Origin: a virus
Length of the DNA: 64,000 nt
Virus record (IMG/VR): IMGVR_UViG_3300032046_005540
Span: 32,001-96,000 of that record
Strand: one strand, 5' to 3'
A model generated the notes under the pieces. It was not told the DNA's origin and did not search any database. It saw only the letters and a list, made by a program, of their open reading frames with translations. Each line of letters begins with the position of its first letter. Position 1 is the stretch's first letter. This document shows positions 31,490-42,196 of the stretch, in pieces. Both the position numbers and the translations under genes were made by a program.

Positions 31490-31843
31490 TTATTTTTCTC
31501 CTTTTTCAAATTCTTCTGGGTAATTTTCTTGATATTCTTGCCACAATTTTTGCATTTCTTTAAAAAGACTGTTATAGTGTTTTCTCTTTATAGAAGCAAA
31601 CCTATAATTTATCCAACGATCAAAAACTTCTTGTAAAGTTGTTTTTCCTTTTACAAGATTCTTTATAGCAGTTTGAAACCATCCTTCACTTTCCCAGTCT
31701 TCTCCCAAAAGAGTTACTACTTCCCCATAATCATCTTCAATATCATCTTTATCATATTTAAAGGCTCTTTTCCTCATACTTAATCTTTGACTCGATGTTT
31801 TTCTAAATCTTTTATTTTGATCTTGCGGTATAATTAAAATCAT
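31490..31843 (-). CDS. Hypothetical protein carrying the LSMRKRA linker near its N-terminus
   Basis: RFRKTSSQRLSMRKRAF; SD AGGAGG. Confidence 0.7.
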   Translation of the reverse strand: MILIIPQDQNKRFRKTSSQRLSMRKRAFKYDKDDIEDDYGEVVTLLGEDWESEGWFQTAIKNLVKGKTTLQEVFDRWINYRFASIKRKHYNSLFKEMQKLWQEYQENYPEEFEKGEK

Positions 31844-31865
31844 TTTACTACCTCCTTATTAAAAG

Positions 31866-32798
31866 TTATTCTTCATTTTCATTATCAACAATTTTTGCAT
31901 CTGCGGTTACCATCATTTTTGGATCTAACAAAGGGGAAATTCTTTCATCAAGTTTTTCTACAAATCGTTCTCTTACCCTATCCCTAGTTAAAGGATCTTC
32001 TATTTCCTGAACTAAAACATCAACAAAATCTTCAATAAATTTTTCTATTCCATCTCTAAAATTCTGTATCATTAAAATGTTGACGTTGGTTACTCCAGGT
32101 CCTTGTTCTATCTTGATGTGGTTGAGCAAATCCTTGGTAAGGCCTTTCATAATTTCATCAATTGCAACTGTTAATTTATGTAAATCAAGTTTATCTAATT
32201 CGGTTCTTTCTTCTTTTTTCTTATCTTCTATATGTTTTTTAGCAGATAAAAGTTCCCACAAATTTCTTAAACGAGCATCATATAACAAATTAACTGTTTT
32301 TACTTTGTTTAAAGTTTCATCATATTTTTGTTGATATAACTTCATAACTGCAGGACTAAAATCTACTAAACTTAATTCCCTTTTATTAGCATCTATTTTA
32401 GCAACCATCCTCGGGTCACAATGTTTTCGATGACTATTAATATTTACTGGATTCAAATATATTTTATCTTTCCACTTTGCTATAATTCCATGATAAGTCA
32501 TTCCTCCTAAAAGATCCATAGTAATTTCATTACGATATTGAGATTTGCATATCTTACATTTTTTAGAAATACGAAGCAGGCCTGGAGTTTCTTGAATATA
32601 ATTACCACTCCCAGGATGCCTTTTCACTTTAGGCTGTTTACTTATTCCTTTTGTAGATCCAGATGAATTACCAAAAACTTTTTCTTCAAAAAGTCGTTTT
32701 TCATTTGGATCGTTTGGGTCAAAAAATTCCCAATGAATTGAATCTACTGACCCAGATGGAAGTGTATTTAAATCCTTTGGATTTTGTTCTTCGATCAT
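31866..32798 (-). CDS. Zn-finger/HTH protein, candidate terminase small subunit
   Basis: CKIC...H..H followed by helical C-terminus; upstream of terL (positional inference). Confidence 0.45.
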   Translation of the reverse strand: MIEEQNPKDLNTLPSGSVDSIHWEFFDPNDPNEKRLFEEKVFGNSSGSTKGISKQPKVKRHPGSGNYIQETPGLLRISKKCKICKSQYRNEITMDLLGGMTYHGIIAKWKDKIYLNPVNINSHRKHCDPRMVAKIDANKRELSLVDFSPAVMKLYQQKYDETLNKVKTVNLLYDARLRNLWELLSAKKHIEDKKKEERTELDKLDLHKLTVAIDEIMKGLTKDLLNHIKIEQGPGVTNVNILMIQNFRDGIEKFIEDFVDVLVQEIEDPLTRDRVRERFVEKLDERISPLLDPKMMVTADAKIVDNENEE

Positions 32799-32802
32799 AA
32801 AT

Positions 32803-32946
32803 TTAGAAAGTTACCTTCTCTTTTTTTCGTTTTAAATATCCACACTTCGGACATTTATAAAGAGATAATTTAACCCCTTTATTTAATGATCCAACTGTTA
32901 TACCATTTTTACACTGAACCATTTCAGTACCACATTCGCATTTCAT
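32803..32946 (-). CDS. 47-aa Zn-ribbon protein (not in ORF track)
   Basis: Manual translation MKCECG...YKCPKCGY. Confidence 0.6.
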   Translation of the reverse strand: MKCECGTEMVQCKNGITVGSLNKGVKLSLYKCPKCGYLKRKKEKVTF

Positions 32947-32948
32947 TT

Positions 32949-33776
32949 TTACCTCACAATCTTACTACAAATTATACTTTTTACTTTTTCTGTATTATTT
33001 AAAATATCACTTTCCCAAAATCTTAAAAGAATGAAGTTGTTTTCTTTTACTAATTTTTCATTTTTAATATCTTTTTGATATTGTTTTAATTGTTTTTCAC
33101 TTAACTTTATAAACTTTTTTGTATTTCCATGATAATAATCACCATCTACTTCAATTAAAAAATTTGTATTTAAAATATGAAAGTCAAAAAGATGATTTCC
33201 TAATCTAAACTGATGTTCAAAAGGAATGTTTAATTCATTTAGAATTTCTTTCATTTTAAGTTCAGGTTTAGTATCTTTAAAAGGTCCAGGATTATTTTGA
33301 ATCCGAAGTAAAACTCTTTCTCTATCTTTTCTTTTGAATTCTTCAGAATGATGGTGATTATAAAAAGGATTTTTATCCCCTTTTCTAAGGTCACTCAATT
33401 TTTTCCTTTCTTTTGGATCTTTCCAACGTTGTATTACTTTTTCTCGAATTTTTTCTCGAACCTCTGGTCTTTTAGCTGGGTTATTTTCACCCTTAAATTT
33501 TTCTCTTAATTTTGCAAGAATAGTTGGATTTTTAAGGGCTTCTTTTATTTTCTTCCTTACTTCAGGTCTTTTTGCAGGATTATTTTCTCCTATAATTCCT
33601 TTACATGCCTTACTATGAGTTCTTAAAGAAAAACCTCTCCTTATAATAGCATTTCTAATTGCTGTATCACTACAATTCCATTTCCTTGCTAATACTAAAG
33701 TGCTTGGCTCTTCTTTAGAAAAATATTCATCACAAATTTGTTGTTCTTTTTCGTTTGTAAATAATTTATTAATCAT
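32949..33776 (-). mobile_element. Free-standing endonuclease (HTH + NUMOD3 + Vsr/DUF559-like)
   Basis: GENNPAKRPEVR repeats; TKPE...DF..IEVDGDYYH..LRFWE. Confidence 0.85.
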
Positions 33777-33790
33777 TTTTATCCTAAATT

Positions 33791-36700
33791 TTATAAAGAA
33801 AGTTCTAATTGTTCTCCTTCTGCAAGAAGACTACTTATAGACTTAATGTAACTCCATAAATTTCTCCCTAGCTCTTTTATGGAATCAAACACATCTGCCT
33901 TTTTAATAGTTCCTTCTCTTTTTGGAAATACAGTTAAAAGTCTTTGTTTTACATCTTTATCTAACGACGCAGCTCCACGTTCAGCTTTTTCTAAATAAGC
34001 TCTAGCTTCTTCTCCAAATTTCTCTAAAAGTTTCTCAACTCTCCATTTATCATCAGGTTTAAATTTTTTAGTTTTCATAGATGTATCCAACCATACAAAA
34101 AACTCCCCTACGTCAACTAATTTTTTTTCTGACTCACTTAACAAAGTAGCCAATTTCTCAATCGCTTGGCTCATTTCTTCAGCTTCTTTAACTGATTTAT
34201 GTTCCTCTTGAACCTTTCTAATTTCTTCTTCTACTTTTTGTCGAGCAGAATTTACAATTGCTTTTATTTCACCTAATCTTTGTTCGTGATCCTTAATTTC
34301 GTGGAAAGTCTCTTGCATTTTTGGAGTTGCCACAACAGCCTCTTCTACTTCTAACTCTGGTTTGTGTGGTTTTGTTTTTAAGGTCTTATACTCTACTTTC
34401 GGTTTTTCTTCAGTTTCTTCTTCTTGAGCAAATCTCAACGATTTCTTTTTAGAATCATACTTTTCTAAATAATTTTCTGTATTTTCAACCGCAGGCAAAA
34501 CAACTTCTTCTAATTCTTCTGCATGTTCTGCTTCATCATCAGCCATATCTTTTAAAGCTTTTTCTGCTTTAGGAGAATCAACTTCTTTTGCCATTTGATC
34601 ATACTTCTCTTCGCCTTCTGTTTCGTCCTTAATATCTTCTTTAACATCTTTTTCAGTAAGAGCTGCTTTTCGAATTTTTTGAATTATTTCATTAACTGAT
34701 TTACCTTGAGATATTTTTCTTTTAGCAGTTTTTTCTAAATCAGCTAAAGAAAATACATTTAATCTTCCATCATCTAAAATAACATTATATCCAGTGCCTA
34801 CAGTTCCTGATCTAAATTCATAATTAGGAGTAATTTCAGAAACTATTCCAGATAACCCACCAAGAGTTCTTACTTGATCTCCTTCACTTATAATTTTTTC
34901 TGCTGTTTTCTTTGAAGACCTTTTTTCATATAATCTAACATTTTCATCGTAAAAAGCTCCCTCATGTCCATCATCAAATCTTACCATATATTTATTCTGA
35001 ATTCCAGTCCAATCTACATCAAAAATTTCTCCTATCTTACCATAATCAACATGATCTTCTTCTACTACTTTTACTATATCTCCTATACTATAAGCAGCTG
35101 CTGTTTTCTTTTTTGAAGCATGAACTACAGGATAATGTTGATTTTTAAGTTTCTTGTCAAGAATTTCTTCTAACTCTTTTCTAGTCATTCTTGAAACTTC
35201 TGACATTACTTTTGTTAAATCAAAATCTGGAGGAAACTGACCTGCTCTTGCATAATCATTTATTAAAGTTCTTAATCTTGAAATAGGAATTTGTTTTCCG
35301 GTTTCATCTGTTTCATGATATCCAGTAGGTTCTGCTGTTTTCTTTATTGAAGATTTCTTACCTTTCATATGTTTAAACATTTCTACTTGTTGTAATCTTT
35401 CTTCTGCTTTCTTTCTTGAAGGGTAACAACCCATACTTCTACCAGATTCTGCTATTACACAAAATTCATTTCCTCTTTCAACTATTTTTGCTTCTTTAAT
35501 TGAAGCTTCTTTTGTTTCTTCCTCTTCAAACTCTTCATCCTCATCTTCTTCAATTAATTCTATTTGATTACCATTTACATACCAACCTCTTCCTTGCTCA
35601 TCTCCAACCCAACCTCTTCTTCCATCCCACTGAGATAAAGTAAAAACTTCTCCTGGTTTATCTTCATAAGCAGGTTTTAATCGAACTTGATCTCCATTTT
35701 GAAACTCATAATCTATTCCATCAGCAGTCTTTACAGGCTTTACAGAAGTTCCACCTCTAAACATTTTTTGAATTGCTCTTTCTTCTTCTGGAAGAATTCC
35801 TTGATTTGATTTTTCATAAGGAACACTAAAATCAGCATCAACTTCAGTTTGTTTTGCAACACTATAATCAGGATCTGATTCAGTAAAAGGAAATAAAGTT
35901 TTTTCATCTCTTAAACTTCTTTTAATTAAATTTTTAACTTTTTCTGCAAGCGTTGTAGTAGGAATTGCAGGAACAGCACCTGGAGTAGTTACAACTCCTG
36001 GAGTAGCTTGAATATTTAGATCCATATTAGGAATTGGAGCAGTTTTAACTCCTGTTTCATCTGTTAATACAGAAGCATCTCCTATAGTAGAATCAATTGT
36101 ATATATTTTTCCTTGATATTCAATTTGCTGACCAGGAGTAGGAATACCAGCTGCTGTTTTCTTAGAAGCTAATGCTAATAAATCTAACCTTTCTAATTTA
36201 TCAATAGAATTTTGATAAGCATCAAAAGCTTCTTGACGATTCATTCCAAATTCTTGTTCTAAATTTTTTACCATTTCTTCTAAAGTATAACCTCTTCTTA
36301 CTCCTATTCTAACTACATTATCTACACTATTTAATTCTTCTGCTGTTTTTTTAGAAGCAACCACTTCTCTAAATCTTGTAAAATCTCTTTCCTTAAAATG
36401 AATTTCAGGAGCACTAATTTTAGGTTCTGTAGCAGTAAATAATTTACCTGATAAGAAATCTGCAACTGCTTCTTTTGTAAAAGGAATTTCCCTTCCGTCT
36501 AAAGTAGAAAAAGTTTCAGGCAATACAACTTTACCAGCAGGAGTAATTCCAGCAGTAGCTAAAACTCTAAATCTTAAATCAAGATTATCGACTGCTTCTA
36601 TAGAAAATTCTGCTTCCCGAATGTTTTGTGGTCCTCCTTCTTTTACGCTACTTCTTGTGATTCCTCGTTGAAATCGAAGCTGAGGATTAAAGAAACCAAA

Positions 36701-37159
36701 TTTTTGGCAATATTTACCTAACTCGTGACAAATTTTTTCTAAGAGGGCTCTGTCAACCCAACTTTGGGGCGTGTAATTTGGCGTCACCCCTTGGTTCGGA
36801 TACACAGCAATTAAATTGGCTGCCCTATTAATTTTTGAATTTTGTTTTGTAGAAATTTTAATCAGCCGATCCACAATAAGAACTTTTCCACACTTAGGGC
36901 AAGAAATATAAGAATCTCCCCCCCGAGCTGATTCTACAATTTGTTTTTGCAAAAGATCCGCACTAAAAGAACTATGGCACCCAGAACATACATAAGAATA
37001 TGGTACTTGTTTTACAGATGATTTTGCATATTTACTAATTAAATTTTTTGTCTTTTCTGACAAAGGGTCCTTCTTTGTAGCTTCCTTTTTTATTTTTCTC
37101 TTATCAATCCAATCAGGAAGCTTGTTTTTATTTCCACCTTGTTTTTTTGGGACTAACAT
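33791..37159 (-). CDS. About 1120-aa multi-module protein; candidate polyprotein
   Basis: Zn ribbon, several KOW/SH3 modules and a ferritin-like ExxH module separated by ASKKTA-type linkers; ATG at 37159 after AGGAGG. Confidence 0.85.
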   Translation of the reverse strand: MLVPKKQGGNKNKLPDWIDKRKIKKEATKKDPLSEKTKNLISKYAKSSVKQVPYSYVCSGCHSSFSADLLQKQIVESARGGDSYISCPKCGKVLIVDRLIKISTKQNSKINRAANLIAVYPNQGVTPNYTPQSWVDRALLEKICHELGKYCQKFGFFNPQLRFQRGITRSSVKEGGPQNIREAEFSIEAVDNLDLRFRVLATAGITPAGKVVLPETFSTLDGREIPFTKEAVADFLSGKLFTATEPKISAPEIHFKERDFTRFREVVASKKTAEELNSVDNVVRIGVRRGYTLEEMVKNLEQEFGMNRQEAFDAYQNSIDKLERLDLLALASKKTAAGIPTPGQQIEYQGKIYTIDSTIGDASVLTDETGVKTAPIPNMDLNIQATPGVVTTPGAVPAIPTTTLAEKVKNLIKRSLRDEKTLFPFTESDPDYSVAKQTEVDADFSVPYEKSNQGILPEEERAIQKMFRGGTSVKPVKTADGIDYEFQNGDQVRLKPAYEDKPGEVFTLSQWDGRRGWVGDEQGRGWYVNGNQIELIEEDEDEEFEEEETKEASIKEAKIVERGNEFCVIAESGRSMGCYPSRKKAEERLQQVEMFKHMKGKKSSIKKTAEPTGYHETDETGKQIPISRLRTLINDYARAGQFPPDFDLTKVMSEVSRMTRKELEEILDKKLKNQHYPVVHASKKKTAAAYSIGDIVKVVEEDHVDYGKIGEIFDVDWTGIQNKYMVRFDDGHEGAFYDENVRLYEKRSSKKTAEKIISEGDQVRTLGGLSGIVSEITPNYEFRSGTVGTGYNVILDDGRLNVFSLADLEKTAKRKISQGKSVNEIIQKIRKAALTEKDVKEDIKDETEGEEKYDQMAKEVDSPKAEKALKDMADDEAEHAEELEEVVLPAVENTENYLEKYDSKKKSLRFAQEEETEEKPKVEYKTLKTKPHKPELEVEEAVVATPKMQETFHEIKDHEQRLGEIKAIVNSARQKVEEEIRKVQEEHKSVKEAEEMSQAIEKLATLLSESEKKLVDVGEFFVWLDTSMKTKKFKPDDKWRVEKLLEKFGEEARAYLEKAERGAASLDKDVKQRLLTVFPKREGTIKKADVFDSIKELGRNLWSYIKSISSLLAEGEQLELSL

Positions 37160-37169
37160 TGGCAACCTC

Positions 37170-38207
37170 CTATATATTATTTAAATTATTTTCAATTTCT
37201 TTCAAATCTTTTATAACAATTAACTTTAAATCTTTATATCCATATTCATCTAACAACTTTCTTCTCTGTAAATAATATTGTTCATCAGTTAATTTAAAAT
37301 CAAAAGAATGAAATTCTACAACAATTTTATCATTTACTAAAAAATCAAATCGCCCTCTAAAATTATGATCAATTTTAAAACCTAATTTCTTTAATTCTAT
37401 ATAACAATCTCTTTCTTGTATTGAAGGAAAAAATTCGTTATCATAATAACAATGATTCCCATGACCATTTTTTAAAGATTGTTGAATAGCTTTTGGAGTA
37501 CTGTTTGCTTTACTAATTTTTTCTCTTATTTTAGGATCTTTCATTATTTTCTGTAATTGAATACTTTTCCTTTTTCTTGCTTCTTTAGTTTGTGCCACTT
37601 CAAACTTTGTTCTCAAGGAAAACCCACAACGTTTAATAGCATCTCGAATAACACAAGGACTACAATTCCATTTTTTACTCAAAGTAAAAGCACTTGGTTT
37701 ATCTTCAGAAAAATATTCATTACAAATTTGCTGTTCTTTTTCTTTTGTAAAAGTCTTCTTTGTATCACTCATTTTCTTTTTTGTTTCTTCAGAACGAGGA
37801 ATACCTATTTTTTTATCTCTTATTTTTTTCTTAGATGCATCAGAAAGATGAGTACCATACATAGGGCTATTCTCCCCTTGCAAAGAGACACTAATTTTTC
37901 TTTTATGTTCTTCAGATTTTGGTTTACCTTTTAATTTTTCACTTATTTTCTTATTTCTTTCCGGTGAAAAAATTTTAGCAACTCTTTCGTCGGTCTCTTT
38001 AGTAAGATTTTTATTCCAAGCTTTTTTACCTTTACAAGATTCACTATGAGTTCTTAAAGAAAAACCATTTCTTTTAATAACATTGCTAATTGTTAAATGA
38101 TTACAACTCCATTTCTTTGCTAAAATAATAGTAGTTGGTTTTTCTTTTGAAAAATACTCATCACAAATTACTTTTTCTTGAATATCTGTGAATCTTCTTT
38201 TCGTCAT
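37170..38207 (-). mobile_element. Free-standing endonuclease (two HTH modules + NUMOD3 + PD-(D/E)xK-like)
   Basis: Duplicated EYFS.KP..L.KKW.C module; QERDCY..GRFDF..IVVEFH. Confidence 0.78.
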
Positions 38208-38218
38208 ATATTTTCCTT

Positions 38219-41056
38219 TTAGAACACCACGGGCGTTGCGGGCTCTGATTTTTTCTCTGCACTACCTTCTCCAACTTCTTCTTCTTCTACTTCCTCTGTT
38301 TCAAGTTCCCCTTCAGTTCCTTCAGTTGTTGGAGCTTCTGCACCAATTGGTTCTTCTTCTTTTTCTATTTTTTCTCCTTCTTCACCCTCAAAACTTACGT
38401 GCACGTCCTTAGTTTTAGGATTTACAATTACATGAATTTCTTCTACTTCTTCTTCAGTTTCTGATTCTTCTTGCTCTTCAGGCTTCTCAGGAAGACGTGG
38501 GAACTTTGTTTCTTTAACGCTCCAGTTCATAGGAGTCAATTTATCCGATCCAGCACCGCCACCACCCCTCAATGCTTCCATTCCATCTGCTTTCTTCTTT
38601 ATACTTGTTTCCTTTCTTAATTCTTCAGGAAACAAAGAATTAAAAATTTGATGAAATTCTTCTTCGGTTACAATATAATTTTCACTATCAAGCCAATCTC
38701 TTAAACTTCGATCTATATCTTTAGAAGGAGTTGTTTCATCAATTCTATATGTTTCAAGGAAATCTTCTTTTATATGCCCAACTACTTTCTCTATAGGAAT
38801 TTCAACTGCTTCTTTTTTTATTGAAGCAATTGAAGATAATTTTCCTAAATGTTTTTCAACATAATTAATAAGATCCAATAATTTTCCAGAACGATATGTT
38901 TTTTCTCTTTCTGGAGACTTTTCTATTTTATCTGACTCTTCTTTATAATCAGATTGAAGACCATCTAATACTTCAAGAAGGTCGTCAAAATCATCCCAAT
39001 TTTCATGAATAAGTTTTAACCATTCTCTTGCAGGTTTAGAAGCTGTTTTCTTTTTCGAAGCTCTCCTTACTTGTTCTATATAACCACATCCATGACATTC
39101 CCACTGTAGTTCTCCTTCTGCTATATGACTTGCTCCTAAAGTCATTTCGGAACCACATTTCGGACACGTTTCAGTTTCAACTTTATAAGATTGTTTTGAA
39201 GCTTCTTTTTCAATTTGAATACCTTCATGCTGCAAAAAATTCAACACTAAAGCTTTATATTCAGGAGAATCATAAAGCCAATAACCACGAATACCTTTAA
39301 ATGCTTTTGCATAAGCATCTTTTGGTGAAAGACCAGACTGTACCAAAGATTTCACAGTATCTATAAATCTTTGGATTTCACTACTAAGAGGTAATTGTTT
39401 TGTTTGTTCTATTGCTTGGTTACACTGGTTTTCACCTTCACTTTGCAATTCTTGTTTTTTCACTATATCACTTGCCTGAAACTCAAAGGACTGCCAAATA
39501 TCAGAAGTCTCTTCTTCACCAGGTTCTTGAACATAAACTGCAAAATAACACATACCTCCATGCGTTATACTTACTTGAGTTAAAACCACTTTGTAACCAT
39601 TATCCAAAACCTTTTCTTTATGAACAAATTGACCTCTCTTTATCGATGCTTCTTTTTCAGTTTCTTCTTCAGGCTCTAAATCTACTTCTTCTAACTCTTC
39701 AGGCTCTTCTTTTGAAGGTTCTTTAGCAGGAGATGTTGGAGGACTTTGTAAAGATTTAAAATAATGCCTTAAATCTTTTGGATCATCCACCCACAAAGTT
39801 TGAACAACATTTTGTGCTTTTTTAATAGAAGCTGTTTCAGTCATCTGAAGTTTTTGGATCCTTCTTTCTACTAAATTAATCAAATCTTTAACTTCTTCCA
39901 TTTTATCTTGATAAAAACTTGGGTTAGCGTTATATTCAGATATATCAGTCTCCATTGATCTTAATCTACTCTGGAGTCTTTCCAAAAGATGATTAAGATC
40001 CTCTAATGAACCGGAACTATAGAAGTATTCATCTCTTTCACTTTCTAGAAAGGCAATCTTCGTTCTTTTCTCAGCAGCAACCTTATTTATTCTATTTTCA
40101 TTTGCAATCTTTTCTAATTGCCTTTTAGAATAAGAAGCACCACACTTACATTTAAACGTTCCTAATTTTTTCAACATTTGTAAAGACATTTTTGCATTAC
40201 ATATAGGACATAAAGAAACAGGCCTAATTATATTATCTTCAAACCAAGTTGAAGGTAGATCTTTAAAACTAACTTTAGAACGGTCTGGAACTGCAGCAAC
40301 TACTTCTCCTATTTTACCATTATATTTTTCATAAAGATTTCCATGAGGAACATCTATTTGAACAATAGTTCCAGGCGAATGGGAGGTTTTGGAGGAGGTT
40401 TTAGAAATTTTTAATCCATATTGATGCCCTGGAGGCGAAGATTTTCTTTCATATTCCTTAACTACTTCATTAAAAACTTTTTTCAACTTATCAAGATTAA
40501 GAGTTGAATACAAATCATTAACACTTTCAACATAAATATTTTTTTCTTCAACTTCTCGGTCATCAATAGAATTTTCCAAATCTTCTGCTTCATAAACTAC
40601 CACCCAAGAAGAAGGTTTCTCTTCAAAACCTTGTAAAGAAGATATAACAACATATCCATTTGGTAATTCTTTTCGATCAATAAAAACACCAAAAACCTCA
40701 GGGTCTTCAAATTCTTCTCCTGGAAGTTCTGCTGTTTTCTTAGAAGCCTTCACCTGCCTCACGATTCTATCATTATCTCCATCAGTATATACTACTATCC
40801 AAGCCTCATCCTCTCCGTTTGCATTTTTAATTGTTTCCTTCTTCCAAATCGATCCAGCGTCAGGCTCAATTGTTCTCCGAAAAATATCCCACGAAATTTT
40901 TTCAAAACCTTTTTCAGTAAAAGGCACTGCTCCACGTTTTCGTAAATCAGAAACTCTTTTCTGATATTTAATATCAGCAACAGCTTTCCTCATAAAATCA
41001 GGAATTTCATTCCCAAATAATCGACGAACTTTGTTTAAATAACTTTTGTTTACCAT
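38219..41056 (-). CDS. 945-aa multi-module protein; candidate polyprotein
   Basis: KOW, Zn ribbons and duplicated modules separated by ASKKTA/ASIKKxA linkers. Confidence 0.85.
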   Translation of the reverse strand: MVNKSYLNKVRRLFGNEIPDFMRKAVADIKYQKRVSDLRKRGAVPFTEKGFEKISWDIFRRTIEPDAGSIWKKETIKNANGEDEAWIVVYTDGDNDRIVRQVKASKKTAELPGEEFEDPEVFGVFIDRKELPNGYVVISSLQGFEEKPSSWVVVYEAEDLENSIDDREVEEKNIYVESVNDLYSTLNLDKLKKVFNEVVKEYERKSSPPGHQYGLKISKTSSKTSHSPGTIVQIDVPHGNLYEKYNGKIGEVVAAVPDRSKVSFKDLPSTWFEDNIIRPVSLCPICNAKMSLQMLKKLGTFKCKCGASYSKRQLEKIANENRINKVAAEKRTKIAFLESERDEYFYSSGSLEDLNHLLERLQSRLRSMETDISEYNANPSFYQDKMEEVKDLINLVERRIQKLQMTETASIKKAQNVVQTLWVDDPKDLRHYFKSLQSPPTSPAKEPSKEEPEELEEVDLEPEEETEKEASIKRGQFVHKEKVLDNGYKVVLTQVSITHGGMCYFAVYVQEPGEEETSDIWQSFEFQASDIVKKQELQSEGENQCNQAIEQTKQLPLSSEIQRFIDTVKSLVQSGLSPKDAYAKAFKGIRGYWLYDSPEYKALVLNFLQHEGIQIEKEASKQSYKVETETCPKCGSEMTLGASHIAEGELQWECHGCGYIEQVRRASKKKTASKPAREWLKLIHENWDDFDDLLEVLDGLQSDYKEESDKIEKSPEREKTYRSGKLLDLINYVEKHLGKLSSIASIKKEAVEIPIEKVVGHIKEDFLETYRIDETTPSKDIDRSLRDWLDSENYIVTEEEFHQIFNSLFPEELRKETSIKKKADGMEALRGGGGAGSDKLTPMNWSVKETKFPRLPEKPEEQEESETEEEVEEIHVIVNPKTKDVHVSFEGEEGEKIEKEEEPIGAEAPTTEGTEGELETEEVEEEEVGEGSAEKKSEPATPVVF

Positions 41057-41068
41057 ATTAATCTCTCC

Positions 41069-41977
41069 TTATAAAAAATTTATTAAAAACTTACTAAAAA
41101 TTATCCTTTTCACTTTTTCTGTATTATTCATAATATCGTTTTGCCAAAATCTTAATAAAACAAAATTATTAGTTTTTGCAAGTCTTGTATTTTGAGCATC
41201 TTTTAGTTTTTGTATTAATTGGTTTTCAGTTAAATCGTCAAATATTTCAGGATTACCATGATAGTAGTCTCCGTCAACTTCTATAAGAATATTGGTGTTA
41301 GAAATATGAAAATCGTAAAGATGATTTCCTAATCTAAATTGATGTTCAAAAGAAATAGTTAATTCATTAAGAATCTCTTTCATTTTAATCTCAGGTTTAG
41401 TATTTTTCCAAGGCCCAAGATTATATTGGTATCGTTGTAAAGCTTTTTCACTTATTTTTCTTTTTGTTTCTTCCGAATATGTGTTTCCATAATTAGGAGC
41501 TTCTTCACCAAACCTATGAACTCCGAACATTGGGTTATTTTCACCTTCATGGTTTTTTCTATATTCAGGATTTTTCCAACGTTCTTCAGCAGCTTTACTC
41601 ATTTTTTCTTTTGTTTCCTCAGAACGTTTTTGCCCGGTTAAAGAATCACTAATTTTTTGTTTTGTTTCTTCAGATTTTAGTTTACCTAAATTTGGACCTG
41701 TTTTTCCTAGCCAATAATAATGTTTACCTTTAGCAGAAATACTCATTTTTTCTTTAGTAGTATCTGAACGAACCTTTCCTGACCAATATCCAAGTTTCCC
41801 ATCAAGAGATTCTGCATGAGTTCTTAAAGAAAACCCATTTCTTTTTATAATATTACAAATAGTCATACTATCACAATTCCATTTTTTGCCTAAAAATACA
41901 ACACCTGGTTTCTTTTCTGAAAAATAATCGTTACAAATTTCAATTTCTTGTTCTTTTGTAAACTTTCTTTTACTCAT
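41069..41977 (-). mobile_element. Free-standing endonuclease (HTH + NUMOD3 + Vsr/DUF559-like)
   Basis: Nuclease domain very similar to 32949..33776; start moved to MSKRKFT, matching its paralogues. Confidence 0.85.
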
Positions 41978-42107
41978 TATTTTCACTCTCTGAGCATTTT
42001 TTACAAATTTTTTTCCCATTTTTACCACTGTAAAGAACATTTGTTTTCTTTTTACAAATTTCACAAATTAAAGGAACAGATATTCCTTTTGCTTTCTTTT
42101 TTAGCAT
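41970..42107 (-). CDS. 45-aa Zn-finger protein (not in ORF track) starting MLKKKA
   Basis: SD AGGAGGT; CEIC...CKKC. Confidence 0.65.
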   Translation of the reverse strand: MLKKKAKGISVPLICEICKKKTNVLYSGKNGKKICKKCSESENNE

Positions 42108-42196
42108 ATTACCTCCTAAAAATAGACTTCTATCTAATCTTATTATGAGACTTTTTTAATTTTTTTGAAACAAAAACAGACTTTGGCCCGTGTTCA

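Noticed and set aside
37160-38218. Group I intron joining the 945-aa and 1124-aa ORFs around the endonuclease
   Set aside because: Only about 10 nt flank the endonuclease on each side, leaving no room for a ribozyme core. The downstream gene has its own SD and ATG.
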